DNA of 64,000 nucleotides from Candidatus Saccharimonadota bacterium (lineage in GTDB: Bacteria > Patescibacteriota > Saccharimonadia > UBA4664). The stretch is taken from the NCBI GenBank assembly GCA_019352195.1, contig JACAFG010000005.1, positions 156,287 through 220,286 of the forward strand, given 5' to 3'. The position numbers and the translations under genes were made by a program. How positions within the stretch are numbered: position 1 is the first letter of the stretch; every line of letters begins with the position of its first letter. This document shows positions 30,422-38,612 of this stretch, in pieces. A model generated the notes under the pieces. That model was not told where the DNA came from and searched no databases. It saw nothing but the letters and a program-made list of their open reading frames with translations.

Positions 30422-30958
30422 ATGACCGAATTACCACCCGAGATAAATAGTTTTGTCGCTGATACTCGCGAAGACTTAATTGTAAATGCCATCGAAATAT
30501 TTGACACTATCAAGCAGTCACTGCTCGTGCTAGATAAAAATCTTACAGTCGTACTGGCTAATGCTTCGTTTTACCGAAACTTTCAATTTACCAAAAAGGA
30601 AACTGAAGGTACCCGTATTTATGATGTCGGCAACGGACAATGGCAAAGTGCTCGGCTCAAATCATTGCTCGAAAAAATTATTCCAGAACAAAAAGAAGTG
30701 AACGACTACGAGCTTGTACATACATTTGATCACGTTGGCGAGCGGGCAATGCTGCTGAATGCGCGAGAAATTATTCGTCAAGACAATCGCCAAGAAGTTA
30801 TTTTGCTGGCCATCGAGGATATAACAAATAAGAAGTTTATGGAGCAGCAGACAAAGGATGCCGAATCGCGCATCAACAAGATTCTCGAGAATTTGGTTGG
30901 GTCCTCCGAACGATACACGGGTGGGACAGGTTCCCCATTGGCCAAGCCGCTGAAATGA
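30422..30958 (+). CDS. stand-alone PAS-domain protein
   Basis: PAS fold pattern (..LVLDKNLTVVLANASFYRNF..); no output domain; translationally coupled to next gene. Confidence 0.6.
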   Translation: MTELPPEINSFVADTREDLIVNAIEIFDTIKQSLLVLDKNLTVVLANASFYRNFQFTKKETEGTRIYDVGNGQWQSARLKSLLEKIIPEQKEVNDYELVHTFDHVGERAMLLNAREIIRQDNRQEVILLAIEDITNKKFMEQQTKDAESRINKILENLVGSSERYTGGTGSPLAKPLK

Positions 30959-31332
30959 CCGACCGACGTTCTTCAAACGCGGTTTATATGCGCGAAGATC
31001 TATTGTGGATCGAGGTGGTGGGCGATCAAAACGGTGAAACAATTCGCGCTATGGGAGAGCTTATTGACGCGCAGATTACTATCTTGCGTAGGGCTCATAA
31101 GCCCGTATTAGTACTTGATGACCTAACGCGTATCGGCAATGCCAATACCGATGCCCTGAAAGGTGTGGCCATTTTAGCTCGGATGCTCGACTATGATCTC
31201 GCCGCCATGCTCGACAAAAAATCGGCGCTGATGCGCGGAGGCACTAACCTCCTGCTCACATCCATTGGGAGAGCCGATGCGCGTTATTTTTCTGACCGAG
31301 ATAAAGCTATGAATTGTCTTCGCAACGGATAA
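30955..31332 (+). CDS. STAS-like (anti-sigma-antagonist fold?) small protein
   Basis: 4-nt overlap with PAS gene; weak STAS-like pattern (VLVLDDLTRIGNANTDALKGVAILARML). Confidence 0.35.
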   Translation: MTDRRSSNAVYMREDLLWIEVVGDQNGETIRAMGELIDAQITILRRAHKPVLVLDDLTRIGNANTDALKGVAILARMLDYDLAAMLDKKSALMRGGTNLLLTSIGRADARYFSDRDKAMNCLRNG

Positions 31333-31391
31333 TTTCAGTATTTTGCGCTAAACATAAGAGGCACTCGAGAGAGTGCCTCTTATGTTTAGAA

Positions 31392-31580
31392 ATTGGTCGG
31401 GGCGGGACTGGTCATGGAAGACGTCGCGGCGGTGTGGCTTACTAACTAACAAAGCAACGGGCTCAAACGACGGACTTAACTAAATCAGACTCTATTTGAA
31501 CCGGACATTCTTAACTCGATGTGCCACATCTAGGAGCTAATTTATATCCTCCTGTGTTCCGAAATTAATATATCAAATTA
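31392..31580 (+). repeat. ~190-bp repeat, copy 1 (GGTCGGGGCGGGACTGG...CTAGGAGCTAATTTAT..CCTCC...TATCAAAT)
   Basis: ~85% identical to 37666-37850; directly preceded by hairpin 31357-31380. Confidence 0.8.
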
Positions 31581-31647
31581 ATTTATTGTGAATCAAGTAT
31601 TTATATACAGTCAGGCGGTGGCTAATTTATACTCGATGTGGCTTGCG

Positions 31648-31695
31648 CATTTCGGGCGTCGCCCACGGTGGTGTACCAATGTTCTTATGCTTATA
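31648..31695 (+). repeat. island repeat copy F
   Basis: CATTTCGGGCGTCGCCCACGGTGGTGTACCAATGTTCTTATGCTTATA. Confidence 0.8.
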
Positions 31696-31820
31696 ACGGC
31701 CTATCAAGGGCGCTATTTGCGTATTAAGCTTCTATAATGAACAACAGTGGACATTTGAAGCGAGCTATTGAGCTAGTAGTCCAATACTGAGCGGACTCAC
31801 TATAAGCGCCGAATTAAAAA

Positions 31821-31849
31821 AGTGCCCTCATGGTTGAGGGTACTTTTTT
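31821..31849. terminator. bidirectional terminator hairpin
   Basis: AAAAAAGTGCCCTCatggttGAGGGTACTTTTTT. Confidence 0.7.
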
Positions 31850-31856
31850 ATTGTTT

Positions 31857-32039
31857 TTAGCTTGTTCTCGGATGACCATGAGCGGCGTATTCGTCGAGTA
31901 GCTCTTTCTGCTCGATGTTTGAGTGAGCAGCAGCCGTTTCGATAAGGCGCTTCTGATCCTTCGCCTTTAACTCGTAGAAATGATTGTCGGTCTTGGGGGG
32001 AGAGAAAAGTTTAGAAAGTTTGCGTAGAATGCGTGTCAT
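31857..32039 (-). CDS. small protein downstream of zeta-like kinase (possible cognate partner)
   Basis: 60-aa ORF overlapping zeta-like gene by 4 nt. Confidence 0.4.
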   Translation of the reverse strand: MTRILRKLSKLFSPPKTDNHFYELKAKDQKRLIETAAAHSNIEQKELLDEYAAHGHPRTS

Positions 32040-32737
32040 TTGAGCTTCTCCTCTAGCAGCTCCCTAGTATAGGGCGCTTTTAGATAATGATCAACGTTTG
32101 TAATATTTATTACGTATTTATATTGTAACGTATCAGCGTTCTTATTAATGAGGTATAAGTAAATTTTGTTTCCGAACTCTTCTTTGCAACGATTTACATT
32201 TTCTTTTGCCGAAAAGTATGCATTGATGAAGGTTTCTTTTGGAACCATCCGACCTTCGCGTAGCTCACGCGCTTTGGTTATGTCCCAAGCTACTAAGGGA
32301 TCTTGGTGCACATAAAGAATTACAGGTTGTCGGCCGTGTTTTATTGCACGCTCAATGTTTTTGTAAGCTAAGTCGTATCTAGCAAACGTACCGTCAAAGA
32401 GAAAACTAAGTTGCTTGTTTAGTGCATGGTCTAAAATCTTTTGAACCGCTAACGATGCTGCGCCTTGAACTTCATCAGAGTTATTCCCGGTGTAACCCGG
32501 TATAGTTGCTCGGATATCATCAGGATCTATTCGTAATATACCGCTTACGCCATGAACTTCTTTGTAGGCTTGTAAAAAGTTGCGAGACCACTCTGTTTTG
32601 CCTGCGCCTGGCGATCCGGCCATGAAAAACGTTTCTGGATGAGGGTTGGGAGTGAACTTTTGAGGATCAACAAATTGCTCGACTAAGCTGCGCTTGTTGG
32701 CTTTGACGAATTTTACGGCTTCTTCAGATAAACTCAT
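32036..32737 (-). CDS. zeta-toxin-family P-loop kinase
   Basis: Walker A GSPGAGKT, ..IDPDDIR..P.Y.., ..LFDGTFARYD collinear with PezT/zeta. Confidence 0.65.
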   Translation of the reverse strand: MSLSEEAVKFVKANKRSLVEQFVDPQKFTPNPHPETFFMAGSPGAGKTEWSRNFLQAYKEVHGVSGILRIDPDDIRATIPGYTGNNSDEVQGAASLAVQKILDHALNKQLSFLFDGTFARYDLAYKNIERAIKHGRQPVILYVHQDPLVAWDITKARELREGRMVPKETFINAYFSAKENVNRCKEEFGNKIYLYLINKNADTLQYKYVINITNVDHYLKAPYTRELLEEKLK

Positions 32738-32778
32738 GTTCTGATAATATCAGTTTTTACATGCGCCACTTGAATCCT

Positions 32779-32826
32779 AGTTCGAACGTCGCCCACGGTG
32801 GTGTACCATTAAACTTATGCTTCGAA
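32779..32826 (+). repeat. island repeat copy G (near-consensus)
   Basis: AGTTCGAACGTCGCCCACGGTGGTGTACCATTAAACTTATGCTTCGAA. Confidence 0.85.
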
Positions 32827-33412
32827 TGCTGTACTTAGTTGTCAGTGTTAAAACGCACTAATGAATTCTCCTCGTACTCGTCTCACGCTAATTATGTTTA
32901 TTCTAGTGGCAGTTGTACTTGGTCGGTTGGCTACTCAAATTGCCAACTACTCCATCTATCGAATACAACCTGGTGCCTCGTCCTGCCAAAGAATTTCTGG
33001 GCCTAGCCTATGCCCTATCCTTGAGTCGTCATCGAGAAATTACGGATAGCCGATAGTTACAAGTACTGTTCTAATCAAACCTAAAATTTCGGATGGGGCA
33101 TACCAATTTTCGGAGGAGGCCTTTGAACGCTCCCCGGCCTTACGGCCAGCTTTCTCTCCGTATATTAATGCCTTTGAAGACGACTGGATATTATGGAGCG
33201 TCTTTTTTCTCTTAGCCTTAATAGTTATGCGGTCTCATCAAAAAAAACCGTCGCTCGCTTTAATGTAGTCTTCTTATTTGGTGCATTGCACAATATTAGC
33301 AGCGTGCCGTAGCGGTGACCGTAATAGCTTATACAAACCCTCAAGTGGCGAAATATAGAGCTTATTTTCACAGTCTCCCATGGAAGTCTATTTCTTTTGA
33401 TATTATTAGGTC

Positions 33413-33808
33413 ATGAATACTCTCGTAAAGCGGCTTCGGGACGGGCAGGATCTCATGTTAGAGATAACTAAACTCGTCGGGGAAAATCACGTACAGGCAG
33501 GTATCATCCTGTCGGCTGTAGGCAGTCTAAAAGAATCAAATATACGCGTACCTATTATCGACGGCGCCGTGAAATACATTAATCCGACTAATTTAGAGAT
33601 CGACAACTTGCATGGAACGGTGTCGGTAAATGGCTGCCACCTTCATATTTCTGTGTCTGATATCGACGGTAAAGTTATGGGCGGCCATTTAAAAACCGGT
33701 TGCATTGTTCGAACAACATGCGAGCTGGTGATTGGAGTATTGGACGATCATTCATTCCGACGAGAGCCCGATTCCGATACTGGTTACGATGAGCTGGCGG
33801 TCACTTGA
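33413..33808 (+). CDS. DUF296 / PPC-domain protein
   Basis: ..GIILSAVGSLKESNIR..GHLHISVSD.. pattern typical of PPC/DUF296. Confidence 0.55.
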   Translation: MNTLVKRLRDGQDLMLEITKLVGENHVQAGIILSAVGSLKESNIRVPIIDGAVKYINPTNLEIDNLHGTVSVNGCHLHISVSDIDGKVMGGHLKTGCIVRTTCELVIGVLDDHSFRREPDSDTGYDELAVT

Positions 33809-34002
33809 TTCGCTGCTGACGAGGTTACATCGCATTTCGAACGTCTTTTACGATGGTTTTCCAGCAGCCATCGAACCAAAACAGCGCATTTCTAGTGTCT
33901 TTCTCTTGTGCATTCAAAAATAAACTTGTTTAGATTGAGGGAGTTAGTTGTCGGAGCTTTAACCTTGACCGCGACTAACTGTGTAGCTATAATGTAATTA
34001 CT

Positions 34003-34239
34003 ATGAAGGCATCAATCGTCACCATCGGCAATTCAAAGGGTATACGCATTCCGAAGCCCCTGCTCGAGGAAAGTGGCTTAAGCGGTGACGTTGAATTAAA
34101 AGCTGTTAAGGGTGAAATCAAGATTGTTGCAGCAACACGCGATCCGAAGATATCGGAAACCATGCTTCTTTCCGAAAAAGTGCTTGCACGAGACTGGCTA
34201 CGCCCCGAAGAGGATGAGGCATGGTCAAGTTTACAGTAG
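34003..34239 (+). CDS. mazE: MazE/AbrB-type antitoxin
   Basis: IGNSKGIRIPKPLLEESGL; paralogue of 7786-8067 product. Confidence 0.75.
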   Translation: MKASIVTIGNSKGIRIPKPLLEESGLSGDVELKAVKGEIKIVAATRDPKISETMLLSEKVLARDWLRPEEDEAWSSLQ

Positions 34240-34553
34240 GGCAAGTCGTCACAAGTGCCTTTCCATTTTCTGATCTCACGACACAGAAGTTGAGGCCAGC
34301 ACTAGTTGTTGCGATCGGGGACTTCGAAGACATAATTTTATGCCAAATCACCTCAAAAACGTATTCGAGCTCTAATCCTATCAAGTTAACAGCTGCAGAT
34401 TTTGTCGAGGGTAGCCTGCCGGTGGATAGTTTTATACGTCCTGACAAATTATTTACGGCCGATCAATCAATCGTACATTAAGCATATGGCAGAGTCAGTG
34501 ATGCAAAGCTGCAGCACGTTCTGGCCGATATTCGCCAGTTATTTACGACCTAG
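34221..34553 (+). pseudogene. mazF: MazF/PemK toxin with in-frame TAA at 34479-34481
   Basis: N-terminal 86 aa (..RPALVVAIG..ITSKT..) then TAA; the same frame continues AYGRVSDAKLQHVLADIRQLFTT*, the expected MazF C-terminus. Confidence 0.65.
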
Positions 34554-34586
34554 ACGTAGTGGTCGAGTATCTTGAAGTTGAATTGC

Positions 34587-34662
34587 AGTTCGAACGTCGC
34601 CCACCGTGGTGTACCAGCAATAATCAAACTATGATAACGCCTTTATTAAGGCGTTATCTTTG
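34587..34662 (+). repeat. island repeat copy H plus second copy of tRNA-Leu 3' flank
   Basis: AGTTCGAACGTCGCCCACCGTGGTGTACCA + GCAATAATCAAACTATGATAACGCCTTTATTAAGGCGTTAT (compare 25807-25850). Confidence 0.85.
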
Positions 34663-34749
34663 TATATATCGCTTTGGGTCCCAAGTATTATTCAAAACTT
34701 TTTTTAACGGAAAGAGCCCCCAGGCGCGGAGGATTTACGGGCTTGAGGG

Positions 34750-35355
34750 CTAAGCGGTTAGTTTGATGGGATCAGCAACTTTGTGGCGCTGATATCCAGG
34801 ATGCCAGAGCCGGACCACAGCCTGAACGACTGCGAGCTGGCTGCCGGGAATGAACATGAGCGATGCCCTCGTGAGCAATCGCACCTTGCGTTCCTGCGAG
34901 GCGTAATTTGCCTCTTCGTCGCAGGACAATGGGAAGGCGTATTCGCTCGTGGTTGTGGTGATGTTGAACCCGCGCCCTAGTATTTTGCGGCCCAAGAACA
35001 GAATACGTGGTTCAGCGTGGCGGATCGTCACAAAAATTACATCTGCGACCTTGATACCGTTACGTGCCATTACGTGCTTGGCGCAAGTCATATTGCTGAT
35101 GTTATCTCGGGATTGATCCTCGAAGAGGATGTGGTCTGCTGGTACTCCCAAGTCAATCATGATGGCGCGCATTTCGGCGGCTTCGGTGAATTCGTTCTGA
35201 TTAGTGTCAAGGACACTCCAGCGTCCGCACGCCGTAACATAATCGACTTTGCCCGACAGCCACAACGCGGCAGCTTTGCGGGCAATCGATTTCGTGCCTT
35301 CAGCGCCCGGTCCACGACCAAAGGCAATGGCAATAGTTGTCAATCGAAACACCAT
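34750..35355 (-). CDS. DUF218 / YdcF-ElyC-SanA family protein
   Basis: YdcF-like Rossmann-like core; family assignment by overall pattern. Confidence 0.5.
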   Translation of the reverse strand: MVFRLTTIAIAFGRGPGAEGTKSIARKAAALWLSGKVDYVTACGRWSVLDTNQNEFTEAAEMRAIMIDLGVPADHILFEDQSRDNISNMTCAKHVMARNGIKVADVIFVTIRHAEPRILFLGRKILGRGFNITTTTSEYAFPLSCDEEANYASQERKVRLLTRASLMFIPGSQLAVVQAVVRLWHPGYQRHKVADPIKLTA

Positions 35356-35439
35356 CCTCAGTTAGGGCGGATAGAGTAGTATATAGTAACATTAATTTAA
35401 CTATAGTGCAACATTATTGCGTTGTAATAATCGTATCGA

Positions 35440-35471
35440 AGTTCGAACGTCGCTTACGGTGGTGTACCATT
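35440..35471 (+). repeat. island repeat copy I
   Basis: AGTTCGAACGTCGCTTACGGTGGTGTACCATTG. Confidence 0.8.
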
Positions 35472-35549
35472 GTGTACAAAGTAAATAGTTACGACGTCTT
35501 GACGTCATAACGTTATTAGATCATACTCAAAGTATATAAGGAGACCCAT

Positions 35550-35780
35550 ATGGCAACCCTAACCGAGCGCACCACGGTATATCTTAATCCGTATGTAAAA
35601 AAGTATCTGCAGCATGAGGCCGTTGAACAGAATAAATCGATATCCGAATTGATCAACGAGCAATTGGCTGAGTTGCTGGAAGACGCTGAGGATTCGGCAG
35701 CCATTAATTCTCGTAAGACCGAATCTCTTACGTCGTGGGACAAGGTTAAGGCCGATTTAGTGCGAGACGGATTGCTTTAG
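35550..35780 (+). CDS. relB: RHH (RelB/CopG-like) antitoxin
   Basis: RHH N-terminus (TTVYLNPYVKKYLQHEAVEQNKSISELI). Confidence 0.65.
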   Translation: MATLTERTTVYLNPYVKKYLQHEAVEQNKSISELINEQLAELLEDAEDSAAINSRKTESLTSWDKVKADLVRDGLL

Positions 35781-35785
35781 CCCCG

Positions 35786-36037
35786 ATGTACGTAATTGTC
35801 TTGCGAACCAGCGCCACGAAAGAGTTACGCAAGCTGCCTAGTCCTATCCGGCAGCAAATCATTATCCTGATTGATTCGCTGGCAAGCGATCCAAGACCTC
35901 ATGGCGTGAAGAAAATGGCGGGGGTTGAAGCTTGGCGAATACGTTTTGGTGACTACCGAGTAATTTTCTCGATTCAAGATACCCGGTTATTGATTGAGAT
36001 TATCAAAATTGGTAACCGACGTGATGTCTACCGGTAA
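35786..36037 (+). CDS. relE: RelE/ParE-family toxin
   Basis: ..GVKKMAGVEAWRIRFGDYRVIFSI..LIEIIKIGNRRDVY RelE/StbE signature. Confidence 0.8.
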   Translation: MYVIVLRTSATKELRKLPSPIRQQIIILIDSLASDPRPHGVKKMAGVEAWRIRFGDYRVIFSIQDTRLLIEIIKIGNRRDVYR

Positions 36038-36063
36038 CATTAACTCATCGTTATTTTGATCGC

Positions 36064-36110
36064 AGTTCGAACGTGGGTGACGGTGGTGTACCAATGAACT
36101 TATGTTTGTA
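36064..36110 (+). repeat. island repeat copy J
   Basis: AGTTCGAACGTGGGTGACGGTGGTGTACCAATGAACTTATGTTTGTA. Confidence 0.8.
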
Positions 36111-36160
36111 TTTACAACTAAGAGCCTCGGACGCGCCGAGATCTCTCAGTCGTCCAAGGC

Positions 36161-36697
36161 TCATTTCAGGGGCTTTCGCCAAACGCTACCGTCATATTCC
36201 CCTTCGGCATCATTGAAGTATCTTTCGGCAATGCCAACTGGTCTACCATACAGCCTCCGCCAGAATGGCCAGCCACTCCACCGAAAGCGGGGCCCGCTGA
36301 CGAGAACTATCTCGGTGTGCCCATCAGCACGGGCTTTGTTTTCCATGTGGGCGACAAGTGCACGGCCAATGCCTGTTCGGCGTGTGAGAACGTATGCGTC
36401 AGTGAGCTCGATTGGGTTTTCGCTGCGAGCAAAGCCGCGGATAATTTTGTCGGGTGGTTTGAGCGTCATCACGCCCAATAGCACCTGGCTTCCAGGTTGT
36501 TTTGCAACGACGCAATATCCTTGTGAGGGTTGGTTGCGATAGCTCAGTATAGCCGCCAATACCTCGGTAATCTCGTCCATGGCAACTTCGTCAGTGGGCG
36601 GATTGCGAATGGCGCTGATAAGTACCGGCAGCAAACTCTCCCTGGGGTTGTGAATCGTGAATAGGTCGCAAATTTCGATGTCACTGGTCATGTTCAT
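36161..36697 (-). CDS. GNAT-family N-acetyltransferase
   Basis: acetyl-CoA site RRTGIGRALVAHMENKA. Confidence 0.6.
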   Translation of the reverse strand: MNMTSDIEICDLFTIHNPRESLLPVLISAIRNPPTDEVAMDEITEVLAAILSYRNQPSQGYCVVAKQPGSQVLLGVMTLKPPDKIIRGFARSENPIELTDAYVLTRRTGIGRALVAHMENKARADGHTEIVLVSGPRFRWSGWPFWRRLYGRPVGIAERYFNDAEGEYDGSVWRKPLK

Positions 36698-36962
36698 CTC
36701 CGCCGGAGAAGGAATGGGTTGCTAGATATAACAGCTTTGGCTGTCGGCATTACCATAGCTTCTTTCCCGTAATACATCAAGTCTTGGTAAGTACGTAAGG
36801 ATGCCGCTTGCGGGGTTCTTACTTTGCTCCACCACTTTGCAAATTGGTTCGACTGTCCTGGATGGTGGTAAACCAGTACTAATGAACTTAAATATCGTCG
36901 TTGTTAGCGTATTTAGGGTGTGATATAGCCAGGTAGCTGGTCGGAATTGTTGGTAGGGTGAG

Positions 36963-37529
36963 CTAGTATCCGAACGATTTAGGCTGCGTCTTTTCAGCCG
37001 ACAATACCATCTCGTATTCGGGCCGTAGTTTACCATTGGAGAGTCTTGTCTCGGATTCAGGCAATTGGCTCGTGATCTTAAATCCGAGCCGTTTATAAAA
37101 CGATACTGCATTCGTGTTATAGGTTACTACGTTGAGTACGATATCGTCATCTCGTCCGAGCCACTTGAGCGCTTCAGCGGTTAAGGCGTAACCCGCGCCC
37201 TGGCCTTGATACTCTGGCAACACATAGAGCGCGCGAAGCTTGTGTTTGCCATCTTGCTTACGCGCTTCACAGTGGCCTACAACTTTATACCCTATAGTCG
37301 CTACCAGCCGAATAGTGGTTGAGTCGTGCTTCTCATTCGCGATTCTGTCAGTGAACTCCTGGATTGCGTCAGGTTGGTCCCACCAGTTCGTTGCCGCAAC
37401 AATATCCGCGTAGGTAATGCCATATTCAACGTTTGGATAGGTTGCTCGCCAGGTAAGCGTCTGCACCTCTCGAATGCCTGCAGCGTCGCTTGGAACCGCG
37501 CGGCGGATCTTGATATCGTAGCTTGTCAT
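36963..37529 (-). CDS. GNAT-family N-acetyltransferase
   Basis: YVLPEYQGQGAGYAL motif A; start at ATG 37527-37529. Confidence 0.7.
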   Translation of the reverse strand: MTSYDIKIRRAVPSDAAGIREVQTLTWRATYPNVEYGITYADIVAATNWWDQPDAIQEFTDRIANEKHDSTTIRLVATIGYKVVGHCEARKQDGKHKLRALYVLPEYQGQGAGYALTAEALKWLGRDDDIVLNVVTYNTNAVSFYKRLGFKITSQLPESETRLSNGKLRPEYEMVLSAEKTQPKSFGY

Positions 37530-37665
37530 GGGTTCAGTATATCTGAGCCACGACGCTAAGTAATAGCTTGGCTTTTTCTGTGTCATTCGAACATGCTCCC
37601 ATGACTCATTGACTATGACGTAAAACGCAAAAGCAGAGACGCTCGTTAGAGCCTCTCTGCTTTTG

Positions 37666-37850
37666 ATTGGTCGGGGCCGGACTTGGACTGGAAGACGTCG
37701 CGGCGGTGTGGCCGACTAACTAACAACGAAGCGGACAAAACTTACTACTACTTAGTAACGCGGACTGAACGGGACATTCTTAACTTGATGGGCCACATCT
37801 AGGAGCTAATTTATGTCCTCCTGTGTCTTCCGTAGTTAATATATCAAATC
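37666..37850 (+). repeat. ~190-bp repeat, copy 2
   Basis: preceded by hairpin AAAAGCAGAGAc..TCTCTGCTTTTG at 37628-37664. Confidence 0.8.
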
Positions 37851-37997
37851 TCGGAAACGAAGATCAAGAGTTTTTTTGGGTTAAATTATTTTACGCGGCC
37901 GGCTTGCCAGTTAGAATTTTCAATTCGCGAAGCTGCGGCGCCAAATACTGACCGGGTTTTTTGACACCCCTCCATTTGCATCGGGGTTTGGTATACT

Positions 37998-38612
37998 TTG
38001 CCCATGATTAAGGCAATTACTTTCGATTTGGACGGCGTGTACTTCCCTAGCGGCAAGGCTAATTTCATAAAAGCTGTCGTTTCGCTTGGTGTAGCAGAAG
38101 ACGAGGTGAAGCGGGTTTTTCTTAAGAGTTTTGAAATGAATGAGCGTTACAAAATAGGCGTCATGACTGATGATGAGTTTTGGACTTGGGCGGCGGAGCA
38201 ATGGCAGTTAGACATGGCTCCAAAGCAGCTGATCGAACTATTAGGCGACAGCTATGAGGTAGATCCGAAGGTCGTAGAAGTCGTGAGAATGGCGCGTCGC
38301 AGTGGTTATAAGACACTGGTTTGCTCCAATAATTTTCCCGCGCGCGTCAATGAGTTGCAGCGTAAGTTTGCGTTTCTCGATAACTTTGATGCGGCGGTAT
38401 TCTCTTATGAAATTGGTGCCGTGAAGCCGTCTGAGGCCATCTTCCAGGAGCTGGTCAAGCGATCGGGTGTTATGGCCGAAGAAATTGCATTTGCTGATGA
38501 TGATGCGGAAAAAATATCCGGAGCGGTGGCTATCGGGATGACCGCTTTCGTATACGATGGTTTTGAACCGTTTATTGATCACCTCAATTCACTAGGAGTG
38601 AAATTAGCGTGA
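37998..38612 (+). CDS. HAD-superfamily hydrolase
   Basis: motif I ITFDLDGV; capped HAD length. Confidence 0.7.
   Translation: MPMIKAITFDLDGVYFPSGKANFIKAVVSLGVAEDEVKRVFLKSFEMNERYKIGVMTDDEFWTWAAEQWQLDMAPKQLIELLGDSYEVDPKVVEVVRMARRSGYKTLVCSNNFPARVNELQRKFAFLDNFDAAVFSYEIGAVKPSEAIFQELVKRSGVMAEEIAFADDDAEKISGAVAIGMTAFVYDGFEPFIDHLNSLGVKLA

Noticed and set aside
26219-34481. Genetic-code reassignment of TAA
   Set aside because: Other conserved genes in the window terminate sensibly at TAA, TAG and TGA (for example the helicase itself ends RIK-TAA, and rluB/scpB junctions use TGA). Two in-frame TAA codons are more simply explained as nonsense mutations. Readthrough is left as a low-probability alternative.
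31392-37850. 190-bp repeats as IS terminal inverted repeats
   Set aside because: They are direct, not inverted, and no transposase ORF lies between or beside them.
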